Assembly (NCBI GenBank): GCA_002269645.1
Contig: NIVC01000814.1
Location: 62,001-126,000 of the forward strand
DNA length: 64,000 nucleotides
DNA from: Macrostomum lignano
Lineage: Eukaryota
Direction of reading: 5' to 3'
Shown here: positions 12,958-26,900 of the stretch, in pieces
How positions within the stretch are numbered: the stretch's first letter is position 1
How the letters are laid out: each line of letters begins with the position of its first letter
Notes under the pieces: generated by a model
Told to the model about the DNA's origin: nothing
Databases searched by the model: none
The model's input: the letters and a program-made list of their open reading frames with translations, nothing else
Position numbers and translations under genes: made by a program

Positions 12958-15900
12958 TGCTGCTGTTGCTGCCAGCGAGTCCCGGCACCGACTGGCTGCT
13001 GCTGCGGCGGCGGCCGGTTCACAGCCCTGTTGCTGCTGCCGCTACTAGAAGAAACAGCTTCGCCAGCTGTTGACAAGCCAGAATTCAAATGCTGTTCGAG
13101 AGTCTCGTGGGTGACAGAGAATAGACCGTCTTTGTAGCCGCCAGCCCAGGGTTGGCCAGGCACAAATTCTGGGATTTTATCCATCACTTCGCCAGAGATT
13201 AGGCCGCCGCCTCCGCCGCCGCTTCCTGGAGGCATTTCCGAAAAGGAACGTTGGAACGACTGGAGCTGCTGCTGCTGCTGAAGGCTAGGATTGGACACGC
13301 TGGAATGCAGAGGCGGCTTGCCAAACATGGAAGCCGCTTCGGGTACGTCTGGCGACCTGGACGGAATTAATAACAATTCAATATTGTTATTCATAAATTG
13401 ACGGGATCTAGGTCCCAAAGTAAAAGTCCCAATCCAGGTCATAAAGTAAAAGTCCCAATCCAGGTCCCACAGTTAAAGTCCCAATCCAGGTCACAGTAAA
13501 AGTCCCAATCCAGGTCCCAAAGTAAAAGTCCCAATCCAGGTCCCACAGTAAAAGTCCCAATCCAGGTCCCACAGTAAAAGTCCCAATTCAGGTCCCACAG
13601 TAAAAGTCCCAATCCAGGTCCTATTAAAGTCCCAATCCAGGTCATAAAGTAAAAGTCCCAATCCAGGTCCCACAGTTAAAGTCCCAATCCAGGTCACAGT
13701 AAAAGTCCCAATCCAGGTCCCACAGTAAAAGTCCCAATCCAGGTCCCACAGTAAAAGTCCCAATCCAGGTCCCAAAGTAAAAGTCCCAATCCAGGTCCCA
13801 CAGTAAAAGTCCCAATCCAGGTCCCAAAGTAAAAGTCCCAATCCAGGTCCCACAGTAAAAGTCCCAATCCAGGTCCTATTAAAGTCCCAATCCAGGTCAT
13901 AAAGTAAAAGTCCCAATCCAGGTCCCACAGTAAAAGTCCCAATCCAGGTCACAGTAAAAGTCCCAATCCAGGTCCCACAGTAAAAGTCCCAATCCAGGTC
14001 CCACAGTAAAAGTCCCAATCCAGGTCCCAAAGTAAAAGTCCCAATCCAGGTCCCACAGTAAAAGTCCCAATCCAGGTCCCACAGTAAAAGTCCCAATCCA
14101 GGTCCCAAAGTAAAAGTCCCAATCCAGGTCCCAAAGTAAAAGTCCCAATCCAGGTCCCACAGTAAAAGTCCCAATCCAGGTCCCACAGTAAAAGTCCCAA
14201 TCCAGGTCCCAAAGTAAAAGTCCCAATCCAGGTCCCACAGTAAAAGTCCCAATCCAGGTCCCACAGTAAAAGTCCCAATCCAGGTCCCACAGTAAAAGTC
14301 CCAATCCAGGTCCCACAGTAAAAGTCCCAATCCAGGTCCCAGCCCAAGCCTTAATTCCCTATTTAGCGCAACAAGTTAACAAACCTATTCCAAGCATCAT
14401 AGCGGCTTCTAGCTCCAACACTTGCAGACTCGCCAACGTCCAGACTTTTCAATTGATCGACTAGCTGATGCTGCTGCTGCTGCTGCATCGGCGGCGGCTG
14501 ATGCGTAGGCGGCAGACCGGCTGGCTGACTCGGACCAGATCGGGCCTGCAGCTGCTGACTCAACTGTTGAATAGTAGTCTTCAACTGCAGAATCTTTTGA
14601 TTGACTTCCTGCAGTTGTACGCTGGCCTGCTGCTGCTGGCCGCTGCCGCCGCTGAATGGACCAGCTGGCGGCATAGAGCGCATACTATTAGCAATCTTCT
14701 GCTGTTGAGCAGTCAACGCGTGCAATTGATTCTGATGGAAAATCAATTGGTGAACCAATTTCAGATCTGCCTGACTCATGTTTTGGTTTGGCATCAGCGT
14801 GTTAGGCGAGATTATGCGATTCTGTACGGCCAGTCTAAGCTGCTGGATGATCTGATCCCGCATGAGATCCCTAGCGGGATTGGCCTGTCCTGGCTGCTGC
14901 TGCTGCTGCGGCACTCCAGAGCGCACTGCTTGACCGCCGCCTCCAGGAAATATCGGCCTCTGCTGCTGCTGTTGCTGCTGCTGATGCGAAGACATCGACG
15001 GAGGCGGTCCACCAAGCGGTGGCGGGTGCTGCATCGGGTGTCCAAGAGGTGGCGGCTGCAGCTGTGGCGGCGGCTGGCCCATCTGGTGCGCCATATTGGC
15101 GCTGACGCCACCAACTCTGGCTCGCAATTCGTTCAGAGCTAGATCCACATTCATGTTGCAGCTAATCAGGGCCGCTGTGGCGTCCTCTTTGGTGAAGCCC
15201 ATTTCAACCTGGCGGGTTTGTGATAAGGGATAGTCTTTGTATAACTGGTCTTTGTGCCTGTCTCAGCATCTCTCAATGTGTCTTTTAGTACGTATGATTA
15301 ATGTGTCCTTTAGTATGTCTCAATGTGTATTTTAGTGTCTTAATGTATATTTTATAGTATATCTTAATGTGTCCTTTAGTATGTCTCAATGTGTATTTTA
15401 GTGTCTAATTGTATATTTTATAGTATATCTTAATGTGTCCTTTAGTATGTCTCAATGTGTATTTTAGTGTCTAATTGTATATTTTATAGTATATCTTAAT
15501 GTGTCCTTTAGTATGTCCCAATGTGTCTTTCATTACGTCTCAATGTGTCTTTCATTACGTCTCAATGTGTCTTTCATTACGTCTCAATGTGTCTTTCATT
15601 GCGTCTCAAAGTGTCTTTCAGTATGTCTCAATGTGTATTTTAGTGTCTTAATGTATATTTTATAGTATATCTTAATGTGTCTTTCAGTATGTCTCAATGT
15701 GTGTTTTAGCATGTCTTATAATGTGTCTTACGTCTTAATATGTCTATTAGTAAATCATAATGTGTCTTTAGTACGTCTTAAATGTGTTTTAGTGTCTTTT
15801 TTATCTTAGCACCTGCTTAGTATGTCTGAACGCCATTTAACTTCCGAAGTTTCATTTTTTTCTGTAATTCATAGACCATTTGATTGAAGCATTTACAATT

Positions 15901-17410
15901 TCAAGACTTCAAATCAATTGTCAAATCTAAGTAATGGACCTAAGATGCTTATAATATTTGAAGATAGACAAAACCACAGAAATAAGGTATAACATAACTA
16001 GCTCACCAGGTGTCTAATCAAATTAGCTCGCATCTCCGGCTTGTGACTTCCCATCGAGCCGCCGCCTCCAGGCCCGCGACCGCCGCCGCTGCCGCCTGCA
16101 ATTGAAGAAGTAGGCGGCGGGCCGCGCCAGTCCCACTTCCAGGATTCTTCGCCTGGACCGGCGCCGCCGACGCCAGGTGTTCCAGGTGTGACAGGGGCGC
16201 TCCAGTCGGAGATGCTGCCTGGTCCGCCGCTGCTGCTGCTAGGACGTCGCCAAGGCTCTGGGTTGCCAGCGCCGCCCATTGGCGGAGGCTGCGACGGTGG
16301 CGGCATGCCCATGTCGAATCCGCTGGCGCCGCTGCCGGCTGCCCATCCAGTTCCGGCGCCAGCCCAATGATTAGGATCAATCTGGCCTCGATCCCATTTG
16401 CCAGGTCGTTCGCCTCGATTCTCGTAGAACGACTCCCAAATACTTGTGCCATTGTTCGGCTCGTGATTCCATACTAGACTTTCCTGCGTCGGCTTACGAG
16501 GACTCTCGCCAACGTCCCAGGGTGTAGTTTGATTTATAGGCTTACAGCCCCAGCCGTCGTTGCTATTGACGATGCTCTCGATGAGCTCTTGTTCTTTAGT
16601 TAGCGGTGCCGGGGTCGGCTGCGGGGCCTGGCCAAGCTGCTGCTGCTGCTGATGGCCTGCAGCAGATTGAGAATGAGCAACGGACTCGGCGATGCTCCCA
16701 GGTCCACCGCCGCCGCCGCCGCCGCCCCAGGCGCCATCGACTGATGCTGTTGAAGCAACCGACGGTGGCGGCTTTGACGACCAGGATGCTGACGACAGTG
16801 GCGCCGCCGATGCCCCCCAAATTGCGGATGCTGGAACGCTGGACGATGAGGCGGCAGCAATCGAACCGGGTGTCGCCGATGCGCCGCTACCGCCGGCGGC
16901 ACCCCACACCCCGGCTGGGGAAGCTTCGTTGAATCCGCCGAGACTCCAGGCGGCAGCGGCGGCCGCCGTAGCCGCCGCCGAAGCTGTCGCGGCAGCGTCG
17001 CTAGCGGATTCGGGCTCGGCTACTTTGTTATGATGATGATGATTGTCACCGCCGCTGTTGCCATGGTGATTCATCGCGCTAGCGGGATCAGCTGAATGCG
17101 CGCTGCTCCAAGCTGAGGCGCCATTTCCTTTATTGTTGTTGTTAGCGCTACTATTAGTAGCATTATTATTACCTGCCGAATTCCATAAATCAGCCGCAGA
17201 TACGGCTGGCCCAGCTGTTGAAGGCATTGGCAATCCGCTGCTATTGCCTGTCGCCGCAGCTATCGAAGTAGCCATTGACGATGTTGGCGACGAAGAGGAC
17301 GGCGAAGATGAATTTTCGCCGTTTCCTAAATTTAATTTTATAGCAATACTACTATCAGTAGATGAAGTGTTTGATAAATATTAAAATTAAATACACTTAC
17401 TCATTGACAT
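12537..17410 (-). CDS. TNRC6: GW182/TNRC6 (Gawky) miRNA silencing effector, 4 coding exons
   Basis: Exons 17410-17401, 17325-16007, 15208-14385 and 13356-12537, all GT-AG and phase-consistent. Domains seen: GW/WG-rich N-terminus with Ago-hook motifs (SNDGWGCKPINQTTPWD, NNGTSIWE), UBA (LIRHLVEMGFTKEDATAALISCNMNVDLAL), Q-rich region, PAM2-like IPEFVPGQPW, RRM (CLLIRQLNPQINRDVL...AMVKFATKEEA) and a W-containing C-terminal tail. Confidence 0.93.
13408..14340. repeat. 26-bp minisatellite in GW182 intron 3 (GTCCCAATCCAGGTCCCACAGTAAAA)
   Basis: Fills most of intron 13357-14384. Confidence 0.95.
15290..15780. repeat. AT-rich degenerate repeat in GW182 intron 2 (GTATGTCTCAATGTGTCTTT core)
   Basis: Lies within intron 15209-16006. 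Confidence 0.8.
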
Positions 17411-20400
17411 TTCTCTAGCTTTGAGCTTGCAATGGCAACAGCAGAGTCAGTAGTCACCTTCCTTTATATAATTTTTATGATTGTTGCTAACTACACACCT
17501 TGACAGCTTAGTGACTAGTTGAGCTGCTGAAAATAATTATTAGGAGCAATTAAATAAGTTTCAAAAGTTTTCTATCAATCATTTAATTTTAATATATAAA
17601 AAAGTTATTATTATGCTACCAGCATATAAAAAGTATTTTCACATTTCTATGCTCTAAGTTGCTTTAATAGTCATTGAATCTGGCAAACTTTGAAATTTGC
17701 TAGAAAATCTTATAATAATATGGCAAAAGTCAAATGGTCTTGGAAACTTTATTCTAATTGTAATTTATGAATCAAATATTTACAATTTGGTAAATGCCAT
17801 TTTTTGTTTTTAATATTGTGGGGAAAATTCACAATTTCAACATATTTTGTTCAACTATTGATCTTATCCATTCATTAAAAACCTATTTAAAATAGAAAAT
17901 CTACTATTATTATTGCACCTAAATGGCAAATTATAAATAGCTCATAATAAGTTGAGCTTACTTCTTTCTTGAACTATGAATATCTGTGGTTAAATACACT
18001 TTTAGAGACTAGTTTTCTTGTCTATAGTCATACTAATACTATTGACTTGAACTGATATGCACTTCTGATTTCAAGATAAAGATCCTCAATATTCAAGTGT
18101 CTAAATATTTTGCAATGAATTCAAGAAACAATCTGCATAAAAATAGAATATATCAGTTTGATTTTTTTCTTAAATAAAAAATAATATATAGTCATATAGG
18201 CTTTTCACACTACCAATTCTAGAACTAGAATAGGATCGGATCTTCTGAGAAAAAAAAGCAGTATAACTATTTAACTTTGTTGAATGTTTCATTGCCTTAA
18301 TAGCCTCACATTGCACATTTTCACTTTCTTCTTGGCTATTGCAATTCAATAATTACAACTTTAAAGCACATACATCCCTTTAGTTAAGGAGAGAAAAAGT
18401 TATACTTTACAAATTGGATCTGGTTCTAGAACCAGAACAAGCAATACAAAAAGGCCCAGAAGTTTTCTCAGAAGTAACTTGTCAACAAAAATCACTAAAT
18501 GACGATCACCAAAACAACTTGTATCCCTTACTGACTATCCATATATATCCTAATTATAAAAATTACATTTATAAAAATGGTAATAAAAATAAAAAGGCTT
18601 AATATAATCAATCAAATAAGAATAAAAAATAGTTACCTATTATTAGAAAAATGTTGCTGTTTAGACATATCAAAAATTGTTTTATTGCTTTTTTAGTTAC
18701 TATTAGACATTTCTATTAGATACAACAACAGAGTAGACTAAAGAAAGGGACTTTGTCTAATAGTATTTAGTGACAAAGTATATATGCTATAACATATAAT
18801 TCAACTGCAGCACATAAGCATTTTGGTAGATAGCATCTAGCACAAATCAGCCTGGCATAATGCAGCACTTTGTAGCATGGGGCAATGTGGCATAATGAAA
18901 TTTGGGAGGCGTAATGCACCATGACAAAACAGTGGGAGGTAGTGGGAGGCTAAAAAAGGCAAAGTGCTCCCCCCTCAAACTATCCATTGACCATCATGCT
19001 ATAGCAGCGCATGCTATAGCAGTGCAGTTAGGGTGGATATCACCCAATGCACCCAAGTCATATGCTACAATATATATAACCATATATAATATAATATGGT
19101 TATATTTGCAGTTTGCAGCATATTTCTATACTAGTCCTATGCTGCATATATAATTGACAATAGACCTAATAAGCAAATTTTAAAATAATCATTATGTAGT
19201 CTCACTATAAGCCAAAGTTTTTTTTAAAAAGATTAAGTATATCAAAAAATTTGAGCATATTAACATGATCTACAACATGGGAAGATAGATCATAGACATA
19301 GGCTAGCTATCCTACAGAATTATTTGTTAAATTATTTTCTGATTTTTTATAACTTTATATAATTCTTAGCATTTGAGGAGTCCAAAAAAACTTACTAAAC
19401 AAACATTAAAACATTAGGTCTAGAATAGAAGAATAGAGCAACTTTGTTTTTAAAGCAACAAAGCAATGATAATTGTTGCTTTTATAGTTAATAATTCACA
19501 GGCTTTCTATACTATATCATTAGAATAGAAAGCTAGGATTTTTTCATTTCAAAATAGTTTTTTGAGTCAAATAATCAAAGTAGTTGACTTAAAAGTGTAA
19601 TAGAATTCAAAATTCTAACTAAAAATTGCTAGGCTAAATTTTGAACTGATTTGTACTTTTAAACTTTGAAATAGAATCTACATACCCAAACCTGAAAAGT
19701 TTCCTAGCTAAATTTTGCCCTGAAGCCTAAAAAATGATAGGCCTAATCTTTACCTTTACTATAGACAATATAATGGAATTTAGGCCTATATGTACTATGT
19801 ATATTATAATAAGTTATTGTCTCATGATCATATGACCACTAAGCCTATAGATAAGTCTACTAGAAAATTGAATAGTTTATATGAAGTTATGAACTATGTA
19901 TATAAGTACAAAGTCTTTGCAATTCAAAGTAAATTATAATGGCATATATTTTTATATTGGTTGATAGTCAATTCATCTACTGCTAGTTTGTCTGCCATTC
20001 TTTGATCTAGAAAAATATAATGCAGTCATTTGGTCTGTCAAAAATATAGTAAATATAATATCAGTATTAATGTTCATAATAATATTAAAAGGAATTATCT
20101 GGATTCTGTATATCTTAAAATACTTAAAATAATAAAAATAGTAAACTTATTTTATTATAAGTATGAATAACTCTAAAGAAAGAACATTTCCCAAACAACC
20201 CAAATGTAAAGTTTTCAAAATTATATGGCTATATTATAGTTTAACTTTTTGGTTTATAATGAATAAACTTTGCAACAAGGAGATCAATACATTTATCATT
20301 AGATGGGACTATAGTTTATATTAATGCTAAAAATAATAAGTCAATTTTATTCAACTTAAAAACTATGAATTTAGTTTTAATATATATTATATTAATTCTC

Positions 20401-21004
20401 TCTAGTCTGTAAGTCTCATTGAATTTGTCTAAAATTTTAATGGATGCTCAAATTTTATGTTTCTTTGAAATACTGCGATAAATGAAATTACATATAAAAA
20501 ATATCTCATTATAGAAAATTAGCCCTATAACTATAAGTTCTATAATGATTTTACTCTTTCTTTTAAAAAGTCACTTTTTATGCTTATATTTATATTAGGT
20601 AACTAGGGCCTATATAAATTAAAAAGAAGCAGTTGAATAAATTGGCCTAGTACATATACAATATAAAATGCTTTAGTCAATCACATGTTGCTTAGTTAGA
20701 AAAACAGGTTGACGGTTGTTGTCTGCTGCTAGTTTGCTACTTTTTTGTCTGCAAAAATATGATACAATTGCTGTGTCTACCAACAAAATATATTAAATAT
20801 GACATCAATATTCATGTATATATAATATTAAAAAGAAATATATAGACTATACTGTATATCTTAAAAATACTTAAAAAAGATAATGAAATCATTTTTTCAA
20901 AAGTACAAATGTATCTCAAAATATTATTACCTAAAAGACCTAACCAAATGTTGATTTGACTATAAGCCTACTAACTTTTTGTTTATTATGAATGAACTTT
21001 GCAA

Positions 21005-21385
21005 CCCTATTAGAATAAGTTTCAAAAACCCGCAAACGCATGACACGGGTGCCAAAATTATGCCCTCAAAAGCGCAACGCAACACCAAATTTTGTTGACT
21101 AAAGGGCGGCAACACGCGACACAACACCAATGTCCATTAACCAAATGAGTGGGGGGAGGGAGGATACCATAGCAGCTACGTTGCAATTGACAATTCCTAT
21201 TCTGCCATTCACTCCCGACACCGAAACCATGGGGCATGACGATGCATCAAACGCATGACCACATCAGGTTTCCACTGTCACGCGACGCAATATACCATTT
21301 GACATACTATTGCACAATGCGACACCAAGAGAATCTGAAAATGCGATAGATGTTGTCCCTGTTTTGTCAACTTATTCCAATAGGG
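21005..21385. mobile_element. Non-autonomous DNA transposon (MITE, 381 bp) with 17-bp TIRs and an 8-bp TSD
   Basis: Left end CCCTATTAGAATAAGTT; right end AACTTATTCCAATAGGG (reverse complement with 1 mismatch). CTTTGCAA flanks both sides (20997-21004 and 21386-21393). The empty site is present in a paralogous copy at 20268-20275. Confidence 0.88.
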
Positions 21386-23988
21386 CTTTGCAACAAGACA
21401 GCAAATGCATTATCATCATTAGATAGAAGTAGGGCCAAGGATAATAATAATGTTTGCAACAATCGGCTAGTTACGTCACAATTGTATTCAACTACAAACT
21501 ATTTTGCCTTCTGATTTACCAGACTATCACAAAAATTTTTAATGGATGTTTAAATTAAATATAATATCTTTGAAATGTTGCAATAAACAAAATTACATGT
21601 ACAAAAAGACATCTCACAAAAACTCTACAGGACTCATAGTGTCTGTATTTCATTTAAAAAAAAACTTAACAAGTTATGTAGGCCTAGCTATATTATTACT
21701 TTTTCTTTTTAAGAAGTTTTGTTTGCTAGCAGGCAAAAAGGCGGCAGACAAAATGACTGCACACCTAAAAACAAGTTTCAATGTTTTTCTGCTTTGGGTC
21801 TAATGGCCTGGATAGAATTCTTGCAGAAAAATCATAACGCGTTATGCAATTGCGAGAAAAAAATGCGATTTTGCGTCAAAAAATCCGGAAAAAATGTGGA
21901 TCGCAGAATTTCAGACAAAATTGCTAATTCTTAATATATGCAAAAGTGCACTTGAGATATTGGATTTTGAAAAAGATAATCCTACTAGCTAAGATCACGA
22001 AGAAAAAAGAATAAAAAGTAACAACTAAATAAGGCACAAAAGTAAAAATTCGAAAAAATTCTATAAAAAATAGAAACTTGTAACATTCTCTAACATACGT
22101 ATCTGGACAAAAATTCAAATCACTACATTTTCTTAGAATGCATTTTTTGTTATTGTCTTTTGTTATTTTGTTATTTTGCGACGTGCTAAGTACCAAAATA
22201 AAAAATGAAACCAATAAAAAATATTTTGAGCACCATAAAAAAATCGCATAATTCCATTTGACTTAAGAAATACAAGAATTCCATCCTGGTCTAATGGCAA
22301 ATGCATAGCCCTATTTAGGCCTAATGATAAGCATTTTTGGATTTTTCAAATATTAGGGCCTAATAGGCCAAATTACTTAAACAATGAGAAAATACTTTAA
22401 CAAACAATTCTGAATTTCTACAGGATATCCTATGGCTATAGGCCTTTATTAGGGTCTTAACTCTAAAGAAGAATTGAAACATCATAAAAGATTTACATCA
22501 TACTTTCATATCTAATACTTTAGGGGCCTATGTAGAGCCTAGCCTAGCCAGTAAGCCAGGCCTACACAGATTCAATAAAACACATAGAGTTTAAAAGAAA
22601 CTGGCCATACTAGGTTTACTTAAAGCCTAGGCCTAGTCTAAACTATAGGCAATGCCTATATTCCCTATATCGTAGGCCTAGCCTAAGGAAGTGAAACAAG
22701 GGCTTCGCAAAAATTGAAAATTTTACTGTTCACAGTTCACACTTAAACCACATAACATAAGGATTATGGTTTATACATAGTCTGTAGAAATCAATAAAAT
22801 GGAAATTTAATTATGTGATTATAGCGCAAAATTGCAAGAAATCTGAAACTGAAACTAGGCACAAAATGAATAAAATATTCCAGTTCAGAAATTACGGCGA
22901 AAAGTTTTTTCGAAATCCAACGATTTTCTACAAGTCAAAAAATATTTCACACTTTGTTCTAAACGCTTTCCGTTAAAACAAATGTTAGTACTTTACATTA
23001 AAGTTTTAAAAGATATTACTAATGTAACTTAAAATTGTGAGTATTTATTCTTTTTAAGTCAGTATAAGGATGTCTTTGTAGGGTCTAATAAGAGTGTTGA
23101 CCTATTTTAATTGTTATATGTCCTGATCATTCTGAAAGTTATCTATTCGTCAGGATTCGGTTTTGCTTTTTATTAAGCCTATAGTAAATTGATGTAAGTA
23201 AGCCAGGGAGTTCAGCCTCCATTTTTAAGTGTAAGTTCCATGTGTATGTCTAAGCAGTGAAACTCTATTTTTTAGGTTTTTTGGTAATTCTGATTCAGTG
23301 ACTGTCATTGTGTCATTACCATTTTTAAAAATGTAAATTTTAAATTAAAATTTCACTTAAAAATTTTTAAAATTTTAAAATTTTTAATGATTGTTTTTTC
23401 TATATTTTTTGCTTTGAATCAGGAATTGTTTTTTAATCTAAGCTGTTTTAAAAGGCGATATGTTTAAAAAAGGTATTACATTTTCAGCTTTTTTTGTACA
23501 ACAGCCTATATGCTATCAGCTAAACACTACAACACTTACACTTGAACACTATGCTTGTACTGTACAGCATTGTTTACGAGTTTAACTAGGATTAGGAGTT
23601 TTTAAAGGTCCCATCTGGCAAGTTTAACTTTATGATTTTTAAAAATATCAATGTGTTTATTTATTTCTTAAATATCTTATTTTATTTCATTTAGCATATT
23701 TTGCTCATTTCTACATGCATTTCTATATTTAAAATCTAGCTGCATTTTAACCATACTTAAAAATAGCAGAGAATGGATATAAAATGGATTTTTTAACTCC
23801 AAGCTAAACATTAGGCTATGTGTGTATGTTGACAATTATTTTTTTGCTTTTTATTACTGTTATGATGTACATTACAGGCTACTTATATCAATAAACCCTT
23901 TCAGAACTTACATTTGTGCTGCCCCAAAAATTATAACAATTACAAACTTTGAAGTCAAAGAGACAGAGCTACTTCTAGTATCTCAAGT

Positions 23989-26900
23989 ATGAGCAAAAGC
24001 CCCAGGGGTCAGATTGACTCATCTATTGGCGCCGCAGAGGCTGGCAACGATGCTCAGGCCAGGCCTGGCTTCAGAGTGAAAATCCCCGATCATATCCTGA
24101 CTAATTCGTCTGGTGTTACTAGCGGAACCACCACTGGAATTGCCAGTGCCAGTGCCAGTGCCAGTGCCAGTGCCAGTGCCAGTGATACCGCGACATCAAA
24201 GCCGCCCCCAGCTGCTGCTCCTCAGTCAGCTTTATCAGCAGCAGCAGCGTCAGCAACCTCGACATCGTCGTCGAAACCCCCGCCAACAGCGCCAGCTCGT
24301 CCTCGTCAGTCGCGGGCTGAGCAGCTGCTGCGCGACCTCGATGCCGACATCGAGCGGGACAGGCAGATCCGCGGCCGGCGGTCCTACAGCGCCGATCGAG
24401 CCACGGTCGTTGTCGGAACTGACGATTCAACCACAAAAGAGCACCAGCAGGCTCTGGCAGCCGCTTCGCAGACCGTGGCCCGACATCAGCGGCTTCAAAC
24501 GCCTCCGCCGATGCACTATTACAGCAGTAGCTCCGGCGGGGTGAGTCTGGCCTTCAGTGCTTCAGTCATTTCATTTGCCCCATCTCCAATCCCCTCGGCG
24601 CACAGACTGTACAATGGAAAAGCAGAGCCTGCGGATGCATGACTGTCGCTTTGATTTGTGAGTTGACGCCTCTGACACTTCATGTCTCCTTCATATCTCC
24701 CACGCTTCATATCTCCGACACACACTTCATATCTCCGACACTTCATATCTCCGACACTTCATATCTCCCACGCTTCATATCTCCGACACACACTTCATAT
24801 CTCCGACACACACTTCATATCTCCGACACTTCATATCTCCGACACACACTTCATATCTCCGACACAGACTTCATATCTCCGACACACACTTCATATCTCC
24901 GACACTTCATATCTCCGACACACACTTCATATCTCCGACACACACTTCATATCTCCGACACACACTTCATATCTCCGACACACACTTCATATCTCCGACA
25001 CTTCATATCTCCGACACACACTTCATATCTCCGACACACACTTCATATCTCCGACACACACTTCATATCTCCGACACTTCATATCTCCGACACACACTTC
25101 AAATCTCCGACACACACTTCATATCTTCGACGCCTCATATTTCCGACAATTCATATCTCCGACTCTTCATATCTCCCAACACTTCATATCTCCGTTAGGG
25201 TTAGGGCTGAGGGAGAATTACGAGTATATACTGCGTTAACATTTCTTACACACCATGCCCAGTCGTTAAATTCTGGCTGACAAGAGAGATGACTCATGCA
25301 ATGTCTGTAGGTGTTGCTGTTTGAGGAACGCATTACCAAAAATTGTTCCAATTTGCGTTGCCTACAGCAGCAAGCGAGGTGCATAGTCTAAAAATTCAGT
25401 CTATCCGTCCTCTTTTGTCTCCTCAAACCCTGTTTGTCTGGGCCTGGGCTGCGCGCTGACGACAGTTCTGCCCATACCGCCGACTCTTTCCAATCGTCAG
25501 GCATGTGCAACTCAAGCTCAAAATTAATTGTAGCAAAAGTCCAAATCTGCCGACGAAGCCACCGTAGTGAGCAAATCTGAGGATTATCGAGATGCCAGAG
25601 CTGCACCAGTTCTGAGCAGCACAGAGGATCAGCCTGCTACAGCTTTAACTCCCAGAAGTGAGCAAAAGCGACAGACAGTTGTTAAAATTGTTGAAAGCGA
25701 TCGGCAATTTGCTTCTAGTGGAAGAGATTCTGCCGCGACTGTTGCAACTGCTCAGGTGAGTAGATTTGATTCGGATCTCAGCGACTTACTTTAATCCTTA
25801 TTCATTATACCTAAATATGGGATCAGAGATGCAATTCCCAGTGTCTTAACCCCAATCCCCAAATATGGGATTAGAGATGCAATTCCCGGTGTCTGAATCC
25901 TGATCCCCAAATATGGGATTAGAGATGCAATTCCCAGTGTCTGAATCCTGATCCCCAAATATGGGATTAGAGATGCAATTCCCAGTGTCTGAATCCTGAT
26001 CCCCAAATATGGGATTAGAGATGCAATTCCCAGTGTCTGAATCCTGATCCCCAAATATGGGATTAGAGATGCAATTCCTAGTGTCTAAATCCTGATCCCC
26101 AAATACGGGATTAGAGATGCAATTCCCAGTGTCTAAATCCTGATCCCCAAATATGTGATTAGAGATGCAATTCCCAGTGTCTTAATCCTGATCCCCAAAT
26201 ATAGGATTAGAGATGCAATTCCCAGTGTCTTAATCCTGATCCCCAAATATAGGATTAGAGATGCAATTCCCAGTGTCTTAAACCTGATCCCCAAATATGG
26301 GATTAGAGATGCAATTCCCAGTGTCTTAATCCTGATCCCCAAATATGGGATTAGAGATGCAATTCCCAGTGTCTTAATCCTGATCCCCAAATATAGGATT
26401 AGAGATGCAATTCCCAGTGTCTTAATCCTGATCCCCAAATATGGGATTAGAGATGCAATTCCCTGTGTCTTAATCCTGATCCCCAAATATGGGATTAGAG
26501 ATGCAATTCCCAGTGTCTTAATCCTGATCCCCAAATATGGGATTAGAGATGCAATTCCCAGTGTCTTAATCCTGATCCCCAAATATGGGATTAGAGATGC
26601 AATTCCCAGTGTCTTAATCCTGATCCCCAAATATGGGATTAGAGGTGCAATTTCCAGTGTCTTAATCCTGATCCCCAAATATGGGATTAGAGATGCAATT
26701 CCCAGTGTCTAAATCCTGATCCCCAAATATGGGATCAGAGATGCAATTCCCAGTGTCTTAATCCTGATCCCCAAATATGGGATTAGAGGTGCAATTTCCA
26801 GTGTCTTAATCCTGATCCCCAAATATGGGATTAGAGATGCAATTCCCAGTGTCTTAATCCTGATCCCCAAATATGGGATTAGAGGTGCAATTCCCAGTGT

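Noticed and set aside
22285-22310. A-box-like TGGTCTAATGG suggesting a tRNA
   Set aside because: No B-box or cloverleaf downstream.
25195-25206. TTAGGGTTAGGG at the end of the intron 1 array as a telomere-healing scar
   Set aside because: Only two units, which is expected by chance. The (CTAA)n tract at 43620 is also not a telomeric repeat.
25250-25520. Extra CAP-Gly exon upstream of exon 2
   Set aside because: Open stretches exist, but I found no GT donor giving a consistent phase (only GCATGT); left unresolved.
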